Shown here: positions 35,163-44,022 of the stretch, piece by piece
Numbering within the stretch: position 1 is the first letter of the stretch
How the letters are laid out: the number at the start of each line of letters is the position of its first letter
DNA from: Sphaerochaetaceae bacterium
GTDB lineage: Bacteria; Spirochaetota; Spirochaetia; Sphaerochaetales; Sphaerochaetaceae
Direction: 5' to 3'
Length of the DNA stretch: 64,000 nucleotides
NCBI GenBank assembly: GCA_028700425.1
Contig: JAQVSP010000001.1
Span: 1,237 to 65,236 of the forward strand
The notes under the pieces: model-generated
The model's input: only the letters and a program-made list of their open reading frames with translations
The model's database searches: none
Told to the model about the DNA's origin: nothing
Position numbers and translations under genes: made by a program

Positions 35163-36201
35163 CCAGATCCTCCTTGATCAGCCTTGCTATCAAGCCTGCA
35201 GGGTTTTCATTGCTGCCCTGCTGGTGGCGATCCTCAAGCCTGAAGCTCATCACAGTTTGCACCAGAAGAGAATAATCGTCAATCACCAAGGCCTTGTGGA
35301 GACTTTGCTGGATCCGTGCATTCTCTATCTGGTCTCCTCTTGAAGCCCCTAGGGAAAGAGGCACAAGCACCATAGGCACCCCAAGGGCGCTTAGCTCAGC
35401 GATAGTCCCTGCCCCGGATCTGCTAACACATAGCGAAGAAGCCTTCATGGCCCCTCCAATGTTCTCTATGAACTCAAGAGGAAGGTAGTCCTTTTTCCTC
35501 TCGGCAGTCATCTTCCCCCTGCCGGTCTGATGCACAACGAAGAATCTCTTGCAGATTGTGTCTAGAGCCTTGATGATTGCATCGTTCAGGCCGGCAGCCC
35601 CCTGAGAGCCTCCAAGGACAAGGAGAATGGGCTTGCTGGCTCTTATGCTGTATTGCTTGAGAAAGGCATCAGCCGATGCATCCAGAACCTCCTGCCTTAT
35701 GGGGTTGCCTGTGTAAACACCGTTCCTGAGGGCCTTGGCGCATTGCTCATAGCCGCAGAACACAAGCCTGCTTGAGCCTTTGTTGAGCCTGGTAGCCAAG
35801 CCTGGGGTGCTGTCAGACTCGTGGCTGTAGACAGGGATGCCCAAGATCCTTGCGGCAAGCACCGGACCAAAGGACACATAGCCTCCCTTTGAAAAAAGAG
35901 CGGCAGGCCTTCTTGAAGCAAGTATCCTTCTTGCCTGGAAGAAGCCAAGACCTACATTGAAGGCATCTGAGAAATTCTGCCATGAAAAATAGCGCCGCAG
36001 CTTGCCGGATCTGATGGGCAGGAACTCAATGCCCTTGGATTGGACTGATTGTCTTTCAAGAGAATCCTCGCGTCCTATGTAGAACAGCTCATAGCCATAG
36101 GCTCTGAGACACTCGGCCACAGCCAAGGCAGGCTCCACATGGCCCAGTGTTCCTCCGCCTGTGATTGCGATTAAATTGCAGCTTCGTCCTTTTCTATTCA
36201 T
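35152..36201 (-). CDS. murG: undecaprenyldiphospho-muramoylpentapeptide beta-N-acetylglucosaminyltransferase
   Basis: ITGGGTLGHVEPALAV G-loop and a C-terminal GAGTIAELSALGVP. ATG at 36201 is preferred; an alternative TTG lies at 36207. Confidence 0.85.
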   Translation of the reverse strand: MNRKGRSCNLIAITGGGTLGHVEPALAVAECLRAYGYELFYIGREDSLERQSVQSKGIEFLPIRSGKLRRYFSWQNFSDAFNVGLGFFQARRILASRRPAALFSKGGYVSFGPVLAARILGIPVYSHESDSTPGLATRLNKGSSRLVFCGYEQCAKALRNGVYTGNPIRQEVLDASADAFLKQYSIRASKPILLVLGGSQGAAGLNDAIIKALDTICKRFFVVHQTGRGKMTAERKKDYLPLEFIENIGGAMKASSLCVSRSGAGTIAELSALGVPMVLVPLSLGASRGDQIENARIQQSLHKALVIDDYSLLVQTVMSFRLEDRHQQGSNENPAGLIARLIKEDLDEL

Positions 36202-36224
36202 CTTCAAATCATTATACTGTATTC

Positions 36225-38945
36225 ATGTCTAGTTTTTTAAGTAAGCTGTTCGGTTCTAAGAGTCAAAAGGATGAAAAAAAGCTTCTTCCTATAGTCGCGT
36301 CAGTAAACGCCCAGGAACAATGGGCGAAAAGTCTCAGCAAGGATGACTTTCCCAAGGCCACACAGGCCTTCAAGGAAGCCTTCAGCAAGGGCGAAAGCCT
36401 TGATTCCATGCTCCCCAAAGCCTTTGCGCTTGCTCGTGAAGCTGCTTTCAGGGTCCTTGGAGAAAGAGCCTACGATGTTCAGGTAATGGGATCCATCGTG
36501 CTTCACCAAGGCAACATCCTTGAGATGAAGACCGGTGAGGGCAAGACCCTCACCTCCGTTCCTGCCGCCTACCTCAATGCCATTGAGTCAAAGGGAGTCC
36601 ATATAGTCACAGTCAACGATTATCTTGCCCAACGCGACAGCCAGTGGATGGGGCCGGTGTTCCAGTACCTTGGGCTGACAGTTGGCTGCATACTCTCCTC
36701 AATGGACAATGAGGCCAGAAGGAAGGCTTATTCGGCCGACATCACCTACGGCACCAACAACGAGTTTGGCTTCGACTATCTCAGGGACAACATGAAGTCC
36801 CGCTTCAGCGACAAGATACAGCCTTCTCACCACTTCTGCATCATCGATGAGATTGACTCCATCCTCATAGATGAGGCAAGAACCCCCCTGATAATCAGCG
36901 GAGGCAGCGATGATGACACAATGCTTGCCATAAACGCCCAGAAGATCGTCTCCTACTTCACCGAGTGCGAGAAGGATCCTGAGACAGGAGACTACCCAGT
37001 CGAATCCCCTCTTGCTCGCTTTGATGCATCTGCCCAGGTGGAGATCAAGGGCGACTACATGGTCAATGAGAAGTCTCGCCACGTGACCTTCACCAAGCAA
37101 GGCATGGAGCACATGGAGGAGCTTCTCAAGCGCTTTGGGATCATAAGCTCCAGCATCTACGATGATGAGAACTTCGAGTACGTTCACTACGTGACCCAGG
37201 CTCTGACCGCACAGCTTCTCTACAAGAAGGATACAGACTACATAGTCAAGGACGGGGTTGTCCAGATAGTCGATGAGTTCACAGGGCGAATCCTTGAAGG
37301 CAGGCGCTACAGCGAAGGCCTTCACCAGGCCATTGAGGCCAAGGAGCACATAAAGGTCCTTGGCAGGTCGACCACCCTTGCAACCATCACCTTCCAGAAC
37401 TTCTTCAGAATGTATGAGAAGCTCAGCGGAATGACTGGAACAGCTGCAACAGAGGCAACTGAGTTCATGGAGATCTACGGACTTGACGTAGTGGTGGTTC
37501 CGACCAACCTTCCTGTTCAGCGAAAGGACCTGACAGACCTGGTCTACCTCAACGAGAGCTTCAAGTACAAGGCAGTCATCGAGGAGATAAGGCGCGTCCA
37601 TGCCACAGGCCAGCCAATACTTGTGGGAACCACAAGCATAGAGAAGAGCGAGTTCGTCAGTTCCCTTTTGCTTAAGTGCGGCATAAAGCACAATGTGCTC
37701 AATGCCAAGAACCATGCCCGCGAGGCTGCCATCATTGAGGAGGCCGGAAGGCTTGGAAGCGTCACCATATCCACCAACATGGCTGGTCGTGGAACCGATA
37801 TCAAGCTTGGAGGAAACCTTGAGGCCATGGCCAGAAGCCGCATGGCCGAGGATGCCAGCGAAGAGGCCGTGAAGGCCAAGATGGAGGAGCTCAGGCCTGC
37901 CTATCTCAAGGAATATGAACAAGTCAAGGCCCTTGGAGGCCTTTACATCCTTGGCACTGAGCGTCATGAGTCAAGAAGAATCGACAATCAGCTTCGAGGA
38001 AGATCCGGAAGACAGGGAGACCCAGGAATTTCACGCTTCATGGTAAGCCTGGACGATCCGCTGATGAGAATATTCGCAAAGGACAACATAAGAGTCCTTC
38101 TTGGACGGCTGGGGATGAACGATGGAACGCCTATCGAGAACTCAATGGTCGCCAAGACCGTGGAGAACGCCCAGAAGCAGGTCGAGGAGCGCAACTACGA
38201 GATCAGAAAGCACCTTCTTGAGTACGACAACGTTCTCAACGACCAGAGGAACTTCATCTACAGCCAGCGCGATTCCATACTCAGCGACGAGGCCCTGTTC
38301 GACAGGATCCTCAATGCTGCCTCCGAGTTTGTCGAGGACAGCCTGGAGGATACCCAGAAGCTCAGTCCTGAAGCCAGGGCGAAAAAAGCGCTTGCCGAGC
38401 TCAAGGAGACCCTGTCCTATGAGCCCTCAAGGGCCCTGGATGCAGCTGACCTGAAGGCAGACATCGAGAAGGACATAGAGCAGACTCTGAGAGCCAAGGC
38501 CTCCGCCCTGCCGCCACAGGTCTTCAATGAATACATAAGGATGATCTATCTCAGGCAGATAGACTCCCGCTGGCAGGAGCATCTCAACGAGCTTGAAGCC
38601 CTTCGCGATGCAGTGAGCCTAAGGTCCTATGCCCAGAAGAATCCGCTTCTTGAGTATAAGCTGGAAGGCTCCGATATCTTCGACGAGCTTCTCTATTCCA
38701 TCAAGAAAGCCGTCGTCAGGAGCATACTGCTTGTCAAGATCAATGTCTCAGCCTCACCCGTTCAGCGCCAGGCTCGCCCAATCATCCTTGGCAGGCCAGC
38801 AGCCGCCCCATCAAGCTCCCACGAAGCCCTTCCAGGCCAGCAGAGCGTGCAGGTTGTCAGGTCCAACCCCAAGGTAGGACGCAATGATCCCTGCCCTTGC
38901 GGATCGGGAAAGAAATACAAGAACTGCTGCGGACGCAACGCCTGA
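36225..38945 (+). CDS. secA: preprotein translocase ATPase SecA
   Basis: MSSFLSKLFGSKSQKDEKKL..., MKTGEGKTL Walker A, DEIDSILIDEARTPLIISG, and a C-terminal zinc motif CPCGSGKKYKNCCG. Start at the ATG at 36225. Confidence 0.95.
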   Translation: MSSFLSKLFGSKSQKDEKKLLPIVASVNAQEQWAKSLSKDDFPKATQAFKEAFSKGESLDSMLPKAFALAREAAFRVLGERAYDVQVMGSIVLHQGNILEMKTGEGKTLTSVPAAYLNAIESKGVHIVTVNDYLAQRDSQWMGPVFQYLGLTVGCILSSMDNEARRKAYSADITYGTNNEFGFDYLRDNMKSRFSDKIQPSHHFCIIDEIDSILIDEARTPLIISGGSDDDTMLAINAQKIVSYFTECEKDPETGDYPVESPLARFDASAQVEIKGDYMVNEKSRHVTFTKQGMEHMEELLKRFGIISSSIYDDENFEYVHYVTQALTAQLLYKKDTDYIVKDGVVQIVDEFTGRILEGRRYSEGLHQAIEAKEHIKVLGRSTTLATITFQNFFRMYEKLSGMTGTAATEATEFMEIYGLDVVVVPTNLPVQRKDLTDLVYLNESFKYKAVIEEIRRVHATGQPILVGTTSIEKSEFVSSLLLKCGIKHNVLNAKNHAREAAIIEEAGRLGSVTISTNMAGRGTDIKLGGNLEAMARSRMAEDASEEAVKAKMEELRPAYLKEYEQVKALGGLYILGTERHESRRIDNQLRGRSGRQGDPGISRFMVSLDDPLMRIFAKDNIRVLLGRLGMNDGTPIENSMVAKTVENAQKQVEERNYEIRKHLLEYDNVLNDQRNFIYSQRDSILSDEALFDRILNAASEFVEDSLEDTQKLSPEARAKKALAELKETLSYEPSRALDAADLKADIEKDIEQTLRAKASALPPQVFNEYIRMIYLRQIDSRWQEHLNELEALRDAVSLRSYAQKNPLLEYKLEGSDIFDELLYSIKKAVVRSILLVKINVSASPVQRQARPIILGRPAAAPSSSHEALPGQQSVQVVRSNPKVGRNDPCPCGSGKKYKNCCGRNA

Positions 38946-38952
38946 TTTAGGG

Positions 38953-38980
38953 CCAGTGGCTTCATTGCTGAAGCCACTGG
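38953..38980. terminator. 11-bp perfect hairpin between convergent secA and the LysM gene (no U-tract)
   Basis: CCAGTGGCTTC-ATTGCT-GAAGCCACTGG. Confidence 0.45.
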
Positions 38981-39032
38981 AAACCTTGATTGAGGAAGGC
39001 TTGCTGAGCTCTGCCTGAAAAATAAAGGAAGC

Positions 39033-40061
39033 TTAGAAGACCGAAGTAGGATCCAGGGCTATGTTGCTCTGCTCTACCTTGAAGTACAGGACGCTGTCAG
39101 CGCTGCTGTAGGCAATAGCCTTGCCCACTGTGCCGATTACAGTCTTGGCCTCGACAGTGTCGTCTGCCTTGACAGTGCAGGTGGCAAGGTTGATGTAGCT
39201 TGTAGTGTAAAGGCCATCATGGCTGATCTTCACAACATAGGCTCCAAGATCTGTATTCATGTCTGCAGATACTACAACTCCTCTTGCTGCAGCCTTCACC
39301 GGCTCATCAGCAATTCCCTGTATGTATATTCCTTCAAGGCTCGTGATCCTTCTAGTGAAAGGATCTGGGACTTTCTGGCCGAAGTAGACTATTGTGCGTC
39401 CGTCCATCGGGCTTGAGAACCTAAGGCCCCCTGCTGTCATGGATATGGAGGAAGCAGAGGTCTCGTCAGGAATGAAGAGGCTCTGGCCTGCCATGAGCTT
39501 GTCGGTTTCCAGTCCATTGATCTCCTGAAGGGCTATATAGCCTATGGAAAGGTCGAACTGAGTTGTTATGAAGCTAAGGGTATCTCCGCTTTGAACGGTG
39601 TAAAGAAAGCCATCCCGATCAGGAATCTGAAGAGTGTCGCCCTGCTTGAGAGCAGAAGGGTTTGTAATCTTGTTTACTGAGATGATCGTCCTTTCGCTTA
39701 TGCCAAAGGCCTGGCTTATCTTGGCAAGCGTATCATCGCCAGTCACGATGTATTTCTGATACTGGACGCTTGAGCCTGAGGATGCGGGCTTTATGCTGTC
39801 CAGCCCAACTGCCTTGTCCTGGCTCTCTTGGGGCTGGGCAGCCTGTGCGACTGGGGAGGCTGGAGCTTCCGGCTCAACCGGATTCGCAATTGCTGGTTCA
39901 GGGGTGACAGCCTCGACAGGAGCTTCAGGGCGTGTGAGAACGTAGATAAGCACAGCTGCACATACAAGAAGGGCAAGAGACAATATGGCGACAATCAAGA
40001 TCATCCTAAGGTTGGCGCTGAGCTTCCTTGGTCCCTGAAGGTCATCATAATCATTTGCCAT
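39033..40061 (-). CDS. LysM-repeat protein with a degenerate M23/LytM domain
   Basis: N-terminal TM, Pro/Ala-rich linker, and two LysM repeats (YIVTGDDTLAKISQAFGI; YTVQSGDTLSFITTQF). The C-terminal LytM fold has lost the HxxxD and HxH zinc ligands (IYIQG, YINL, VLYFKVE). Confidence 0.8.
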   Translation of the reverse strand: MANDYDDLQGPRKLSANLRMILIVAILSLALLVCAAVLIYVLTRPEAPVEAVTPEPAIANPVEPEAPASPVAQAAQPQESQDKAVGLDSIKPASSGSSVQYQKYIVTGDDTLAKISQAFGISERTIISVNKITNPSALKQGDTLQIPDRDGFLYTVQSGDTLSFITTQFDLSIGYIALQEINGLETDKLMAGQSLFIPDETSASSISMTAGGLRFSSPMDGRTIVYFGQKVPDPFTRRITSLEGIYIQGIADEPVKAAARGVVVSADMNTDLGAYVVKISHDGLYTTSYINLATCTVKADDTVEAKTVIGTVGKAIAYSSADSVLYFKVEQSNIALDPTSVF

Positions 40062-40109
40062 AACGGGCCTCCTATCGACTTTTAACAGCTACAATACTAC
40101 AATATTCCC

Positions 40110-41723
40110 ATGGCAAATACCAGTCGCAAAAGCACTTTTTACTTTCTTAGCTTTCTCCTTGCCCTTATTGCCATGATTGTCCTGATCATCCATTCTGCAG
40201 CGATAATCCTAGGCGGCGCATCCAAGGCCTATGACGACCCCCTGGTCGCACAGTCCTTCTCAAGAGGAAACATCTATGATGCAAAAGGCCGGCTGATTGC
40301 CACGGACAAGACTATGTGGACCTTGTCGGTTCTTTTGAAGAAGGCTGATGACCTGCCTGCAATAGCAGCCTTCATAGCCCCTTTTACAGACCAGACCCCC
40401 GAGCAGGTTCTTCAGATATGCTCTGGCTATGAGACCTTTGCAAGGATCACAAGGCAATTTGATCCCTCTCGGGTCGAAAGCTTTCTAGCAAAGTCAAGAA
40501 AGAATGGCTATGCCAATGCTCTTGTTCTGGAGCCCTACCAAGGAAGATACTATCCCTACAGCTATCATGCTGCAAACCTTATCGGCTTTGTCGGTTGGGA
40601 TGGCTTTGGCCTGGAAGGCATTGAGCTGAGCTATGAAAGCTGGCTCAGGGCCAAGGGCAAGCTTGGAGAGGCTTTCAGCCAGGGCTCAGACCTCTATCTA
40701 AGCCTGGACATGGACATCCAGTACGCCCTCGATGTAGCCATCCAGGCAATGGTTGATGAGAATCCCTGCGACTTTGCAGTGGCAATGATTGTCTCCTCCT
40801 CGACAGGAGAGATAGCTGCATGCACTTCATGGCCATGGTATAATCCGAACCGCTACTGGACCTACAGTGATGATAAGCGCAACAATCTTGCCTTCAACGC
40901 TGCCTTTGAGCCTGGATCGGTATTCAAGGTCTTCTCGCTGGCTTCAGCGCTTGAGGCTGGGACAGCTGACTTTGATGCCAGCTTTCATTGCGATGGCTCC
41001 TACACCTTCACCCACAACGGCCAGAGCTTCACGATTACCTGCCATTCAGCCCATGGGGATATAGACATTGATTCCATGATAGCCAAGTCCTGCAATGCCG
41101 CTGCAGCGCACTGGGCTCTTCAGACAGAGGACGCTGCATTTCTTGAGACCCTGACAAGCCTTGGCTTCTCCAAGGCACCTCAGACAAGGCTTCCAGCTAC
41201 AAGCGGCGTGGTATACCCAATCTCCAGGTGGTCTGCCAGAAGCAAGGCTACAATGGCCTTTGGACAGGAGCTGACAGCATCAGCCCTGCAGCTCTGCATG
41301 GCCGCCACGGCCATAGCCAACGATGGGCGCAGGCTTGATCCAGTTCTTGTAAAGAGCATAGAAAGCGATGGTGAATCCGTATTCAAGGCAGTTCTGGGCA
41401 CAGGACCGCAGGCCTTGTCAGCCTCCACCGCCCAGAGAGTGCTTGAGGCCATGTCAACGGCTACAGGCAAGGGCGGAACAGCAGTGCTTGCACAGGTCGA
41501 GGGCATAGAGGTTGCTGCCAAGACAGGCACTTCCCAGCTTCTTGGAACCGAAGGCGGAAACCTGGCCTCTACTCTTGCCATTGTACCAGGCTATGTGATC
41601 TACATAGCCGCCTACAACCCACAAGGCTCAACCATTTGGGGAGCGAACATTGCAAGCCCTGCAATAGCCGATGTGGTCAAGGCAATGGCAAGCCAGGGGC
41701 TTATCAGATACGAAGGGACTTGA
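40110..41723 (+). CDS. class B penicillin-binding protein (transpeptidase)
   Basis: N-terminal TM, PBP dimerisation region, and intact SxxK (SVFK), SxN (SCN) and KTG (KTGTSQ) motifs. Confidence 0.85.
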   Translation: MANTSRKSTFYFLSFLLALIAMIVLIIHSAAIILGGASKAYDDPLVAQSFSRGNIYDAKGRLIATDKTMWTLSVLLKKADDLPAIAAFIAPFTDQTPEQVLQICSGYETFARITRQFDPSRVESFLAKSRKNGYANALVLEPYQGRYYPYSYHAANLIGFVGWDGFGLEGIELSYESWLRAKGKLGEAFSQGSDLYLSLDMDIQYALDVAIQAMVDENPCDFAVAMIVSSSTGEIAACTSWPWYNPNRYWTYSDDKRNNLAFNAAFEPGSVFKVFSLASALEAGTADFDASFHCDGSYTFTHNGQSFTITCHSAHGDIDIDSMIAKSCNAAAAHWALQTEDAAFLETLTSLGFSKAPQTRLPATSGVVYPISRWSARSKATMAFGQELTASALQLCMAATAIANDGRRLDPVLVKSIESDGESVFKAVLGTGPQALSASTAQRVLEAMSTATGKGGTAVLAQVEGIEVAAKTGTSQLLGTEGGNLASTLAIVPGYVIYIAAYNPQGSTIWGANIASPAIADVVKAMASQGLIRYEGT

Positions 41724-42642
41724 CCTTATCCATTAAAAGCGATGCTGAGGCCAGCTTGAAGCCCTGCTCAGGAACGCTGGAGTCCTGAAGGCAGTAGGCC
41801 TTCAGGCCATGAGCGTGCAAGAAGCTCAGCGACATTCCTATGTCCTTTGCCAGGTCCAGCTTTGTTATGGCTGCACAGCTGAAGGGGAACAGGGTGCATA
41901 GCTTGTCCATCTGCTCAAGGTTATCAGGATCGGATGCATCTATTACAAGACAGTATCTTGGGTTCATTGGAGAGAGCACGGAGGCTATGGCATCCACATC
42001 CTCCTTCGTCTCTGGATAGAAGCAGTCGATTATATTGTGCTGTGCGTTGGCAGAGGCCTGCACATCTTCCTTGGTATGGCCAATCTCAAGCCTGGAAAGC
42101 TTGACCTTCTCGGCTGTGTACCTTTGGGTGTACAAGGCCAGAAGGTTGCTGCATATCAGGGACTTGCCCGAATTTGCAAGCCCAAGTATGGCAAGGGCCT
42201 GAGGACAGTAGAGCTGGGTCTGTACGTCGATATCGATGACAGACCTTATATACGAATACAGGGTATGCTCGATGCTGAGGTTGTCTGCATCCTTGATCAT
42301 GGAGGTCAGGGCTTCCAGTGCGCTGTCAATATAGTCAGAGGAGAAGCCGTTGTCCTCAAGAAGAGATCTTGCATACTGGGACTGTGGATCCTCGTTTCCG
42401 CTTTTTCTGCTCTTGAAGGTCTTTGCCTCAAACTCGAAGCGGTCGATGACAGTGGCTTCATTGTCGTCCTTCTTGGCATTCTGAGGGATGAAGCAAAGGA
42501 TCTCGCAGCGAGGCTTGGACAAGAAGAGAAACCCTCTGTAGAAGTCGCGCCTCTGGTGGACGACTATATTCCATCCATATCGTCGGCGTGCCTTCTTCAG
42601 CGCGTTCTCATAGCTGTCTGCCTCTACTGCAAAGAATTCCAC
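41704..42642 (-). CDS. FlhF-like SRP-family GTPase homologue with degenerate G motifs
   Basis: GTG start overlapping the hslU stop by 1 nt. N-terminus MEFFAVEADSYENALKKARRRYGWNIVV...GFLFL resembles the spirochaete FlhF B-domain. G1 is GLANSGKS, G3 is DASD in place of DTAG, and G4 is ITKLD...GMSLSFL...VPEQGF. The assignment comes from motif comparison only. Confidence 0.55.
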   Translation of the reverse strand: MEFFAVEADSYENALKKARRRYGWNIVVHQRRDFYRGFLFLSKPRCEILCFIPQNAKKDDNEATVIDRFEFEAKTFKSRKSGNEDPQSQYARSLLEDNGFSSDYIDSALEALTSMIKDADNLSIEHTLYSYIRSVIDIDVQTQLYCPQALAILGLANSGKSLICSNLLALYTQRYTAEKVKLSRLEIGHTKEDVQASANAQHNIIDCFYPETKEDVDAIASVLSPMNPRYCLVIDASDPDNLEQMDKLCTLFPFSCAAITKLDLAKDIGMSLSFLHAHGLKAYCLQDSSVPEQGFKLASASLLMDKVKSLRI

Positions 42643-44021
42643 TATAGTATGTACCTCGAAAGATCCAGGTTCTTCACCAGCGATCCAAGCCTTTCATCCA
42701 CATAGCTTGGGGTGATGGTTATGCTCTGCCCTCCAAGCTTGTCGGCATTGAAGCTCAAGTCCTCAAGCAGCGTCTCCATGACAGTGTAGAGCCTTCTTGC
42801 GCCGATGTTCTCTGTATTGCAGTTCACATCATAAGCAATTTCGCTGATTCTATGAAGAGCCTCATCAGTGAAGATCAGGTTTACATCCTCTGTCTTCAGC
42901 AGCTGAATGTACTGCAGGGTTATGGCATTCTCGGGCTCTGTAAGGATCCTGTAGAAATCCTCTGCCTTCAGGTCGGAAAGCTCGACGCGCAGCGGGAATC
43001 TTCCCTGAAGCTCAGGGATAAGGTCGCTGGGCTTGCTTACTGAGAAAGCTCCGGCTGCGATGAAGAGTATGTGGGTTGTGTCGATAACACCCCACTTCGT
43101 GTTCACCTTGCTTCCCTCGACAATCGGCAGTATGTCCCTCTGGACTCCTTCGCGGGATATGTCAGGAGAGGAGGAGTTGGCGTTCTTGCCGGCTATCTTG
43201 TCGATCTCGTCGATGAAGACTATTCCCATCTGCTCGGTTCTTTCCTTTGCAATATCAATGAGCTTGTCCTTGTCGACGCTTCGATCGGTCTCATCCTCTC
43301 TGAAGATCTCCCTAGCCCTCTTGACTGTGACCTTCTTCTTCTTTCTCTGCCCTGCAGGGCCAAGGGAGCCGAATATCGAGCCGAGGGAGTTGACTGCATT
43401 CTGAAGATCCTCAGGACCTCCCTGGCCTGCAAGCTCGATGCCGAACTTTGGAGCCGGTCCATCTATCTCCACCTCGCGATCCTCAAGAAGGCCCTCGCGA
43501 AGCATCTGCCTGAAGCTCTCCCTGGTTGCGGGCTTGCTCTGGTCGAACTGAGCTGAGCCGGAGGCCTCTGGCCTGAGGTTGGGAAGCAGGGCATCAAGAA
43601 GCCTCTCCTCCACCTTTGAATTGACTGCCTCGGTGTTGCTTGAGGCCAGTTCGTTCTTGACCAGGCTTATGGCGCTTGCCATAAGATCCCTTATTATGGA
43701 CTCAACATCTCGGCCTACATATCCCACCTCTGTGTACTTTGTGGCCTCAACCTTTATGAAAGGCGCGCTTGACAGCTTTGCAATCCTTCTGGCTATCTCA
43801 GTCTTTCCGACTCCAGTGGATCCAATCATGATGATGTTCTTCGGGAAGACCTCATCTCTCATGCCTTCCCCAAGCCTTTTTCGCCTTGTCCTGTTTCGAA
43901 GAGCCACGGCTATTATCCTCTTGGCCCTGTCCTGTCCTATTATGTACTTGTTAAGCTGCTCTACGATCTGCGATGGTGTCATGTCATCCATGTTGATCTG
44001 TGGGCTTGGCAATTGATTCAT
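42642..44021 (-). CDS. hslU: ATP-dependent protease ATPase subunit HslU
   Basis: MTPSQIVEQLNKYIIGQDRAKR, GSTGVGKTEIARR Walker A, FIDEIDKI Walker B. Confidence 0.95.
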   Translation of the reverse strand: MNQLPSPQINMDDMTPSQIVEQLNKYIIGQDRAKRIIAVALRNRTRRKRLGEGMRDEVFPKNIIMIGSTGVGKTEIARRIAKLSSAPFIKVEATKYTEVGYVGRDVESIIRDLMASAISLVKNELASSNTEAVNSKVEERLLDALLPNLRPEASGSAQFDQSKPATRESFRQMLREGLLEDREVEIDGPAPKFGIELAGQGGPEDLQNAVNSLGSIFGSLGPAGQRKKKKVTVKRAREIFREDETDRSVDKDKLIDIAKERTEQMGIVFIDEIDKIAGKNANSSSPDISREGVQRDILPIVEGSKVNTKWGVIDTTHILFIAAGAFSVSKPSDLIPELQGRFPLRVELSDLKAEDFYRILTEPENAITLQYIQLLKTEDVNLIFTDEALHRISEIAYDVNCNTENIGARRLYTVMETLLEDLSFNADKLGGQSITITPSYVDERLGSLVKNLDLSRYIL

Positions 44022-44022
44022 A

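Noticed and set aside
36699-37967. A 422-aa ORF antisense to secA, the longest unassigned ORF in the track.
   Set aside because: It lies entirely inside the well-supported secA reading frame. Its composition is L/V/G/D/H-rich and low in complexity, which is typical of a mirror-frame shadow ORF. It has no SD or promoter and no recognisable motif. Long antisense ORFs are expected where the sense strand avoids TTA/CTA/TCA codons.
38762-38977. A 71-aa ORF on the minus strand at the secA 3' end.
   Set aside because: It overlaps the secA C-terminal zinc-finger coding region and the 11-bp intergenic hairpin, and has no translation signals.
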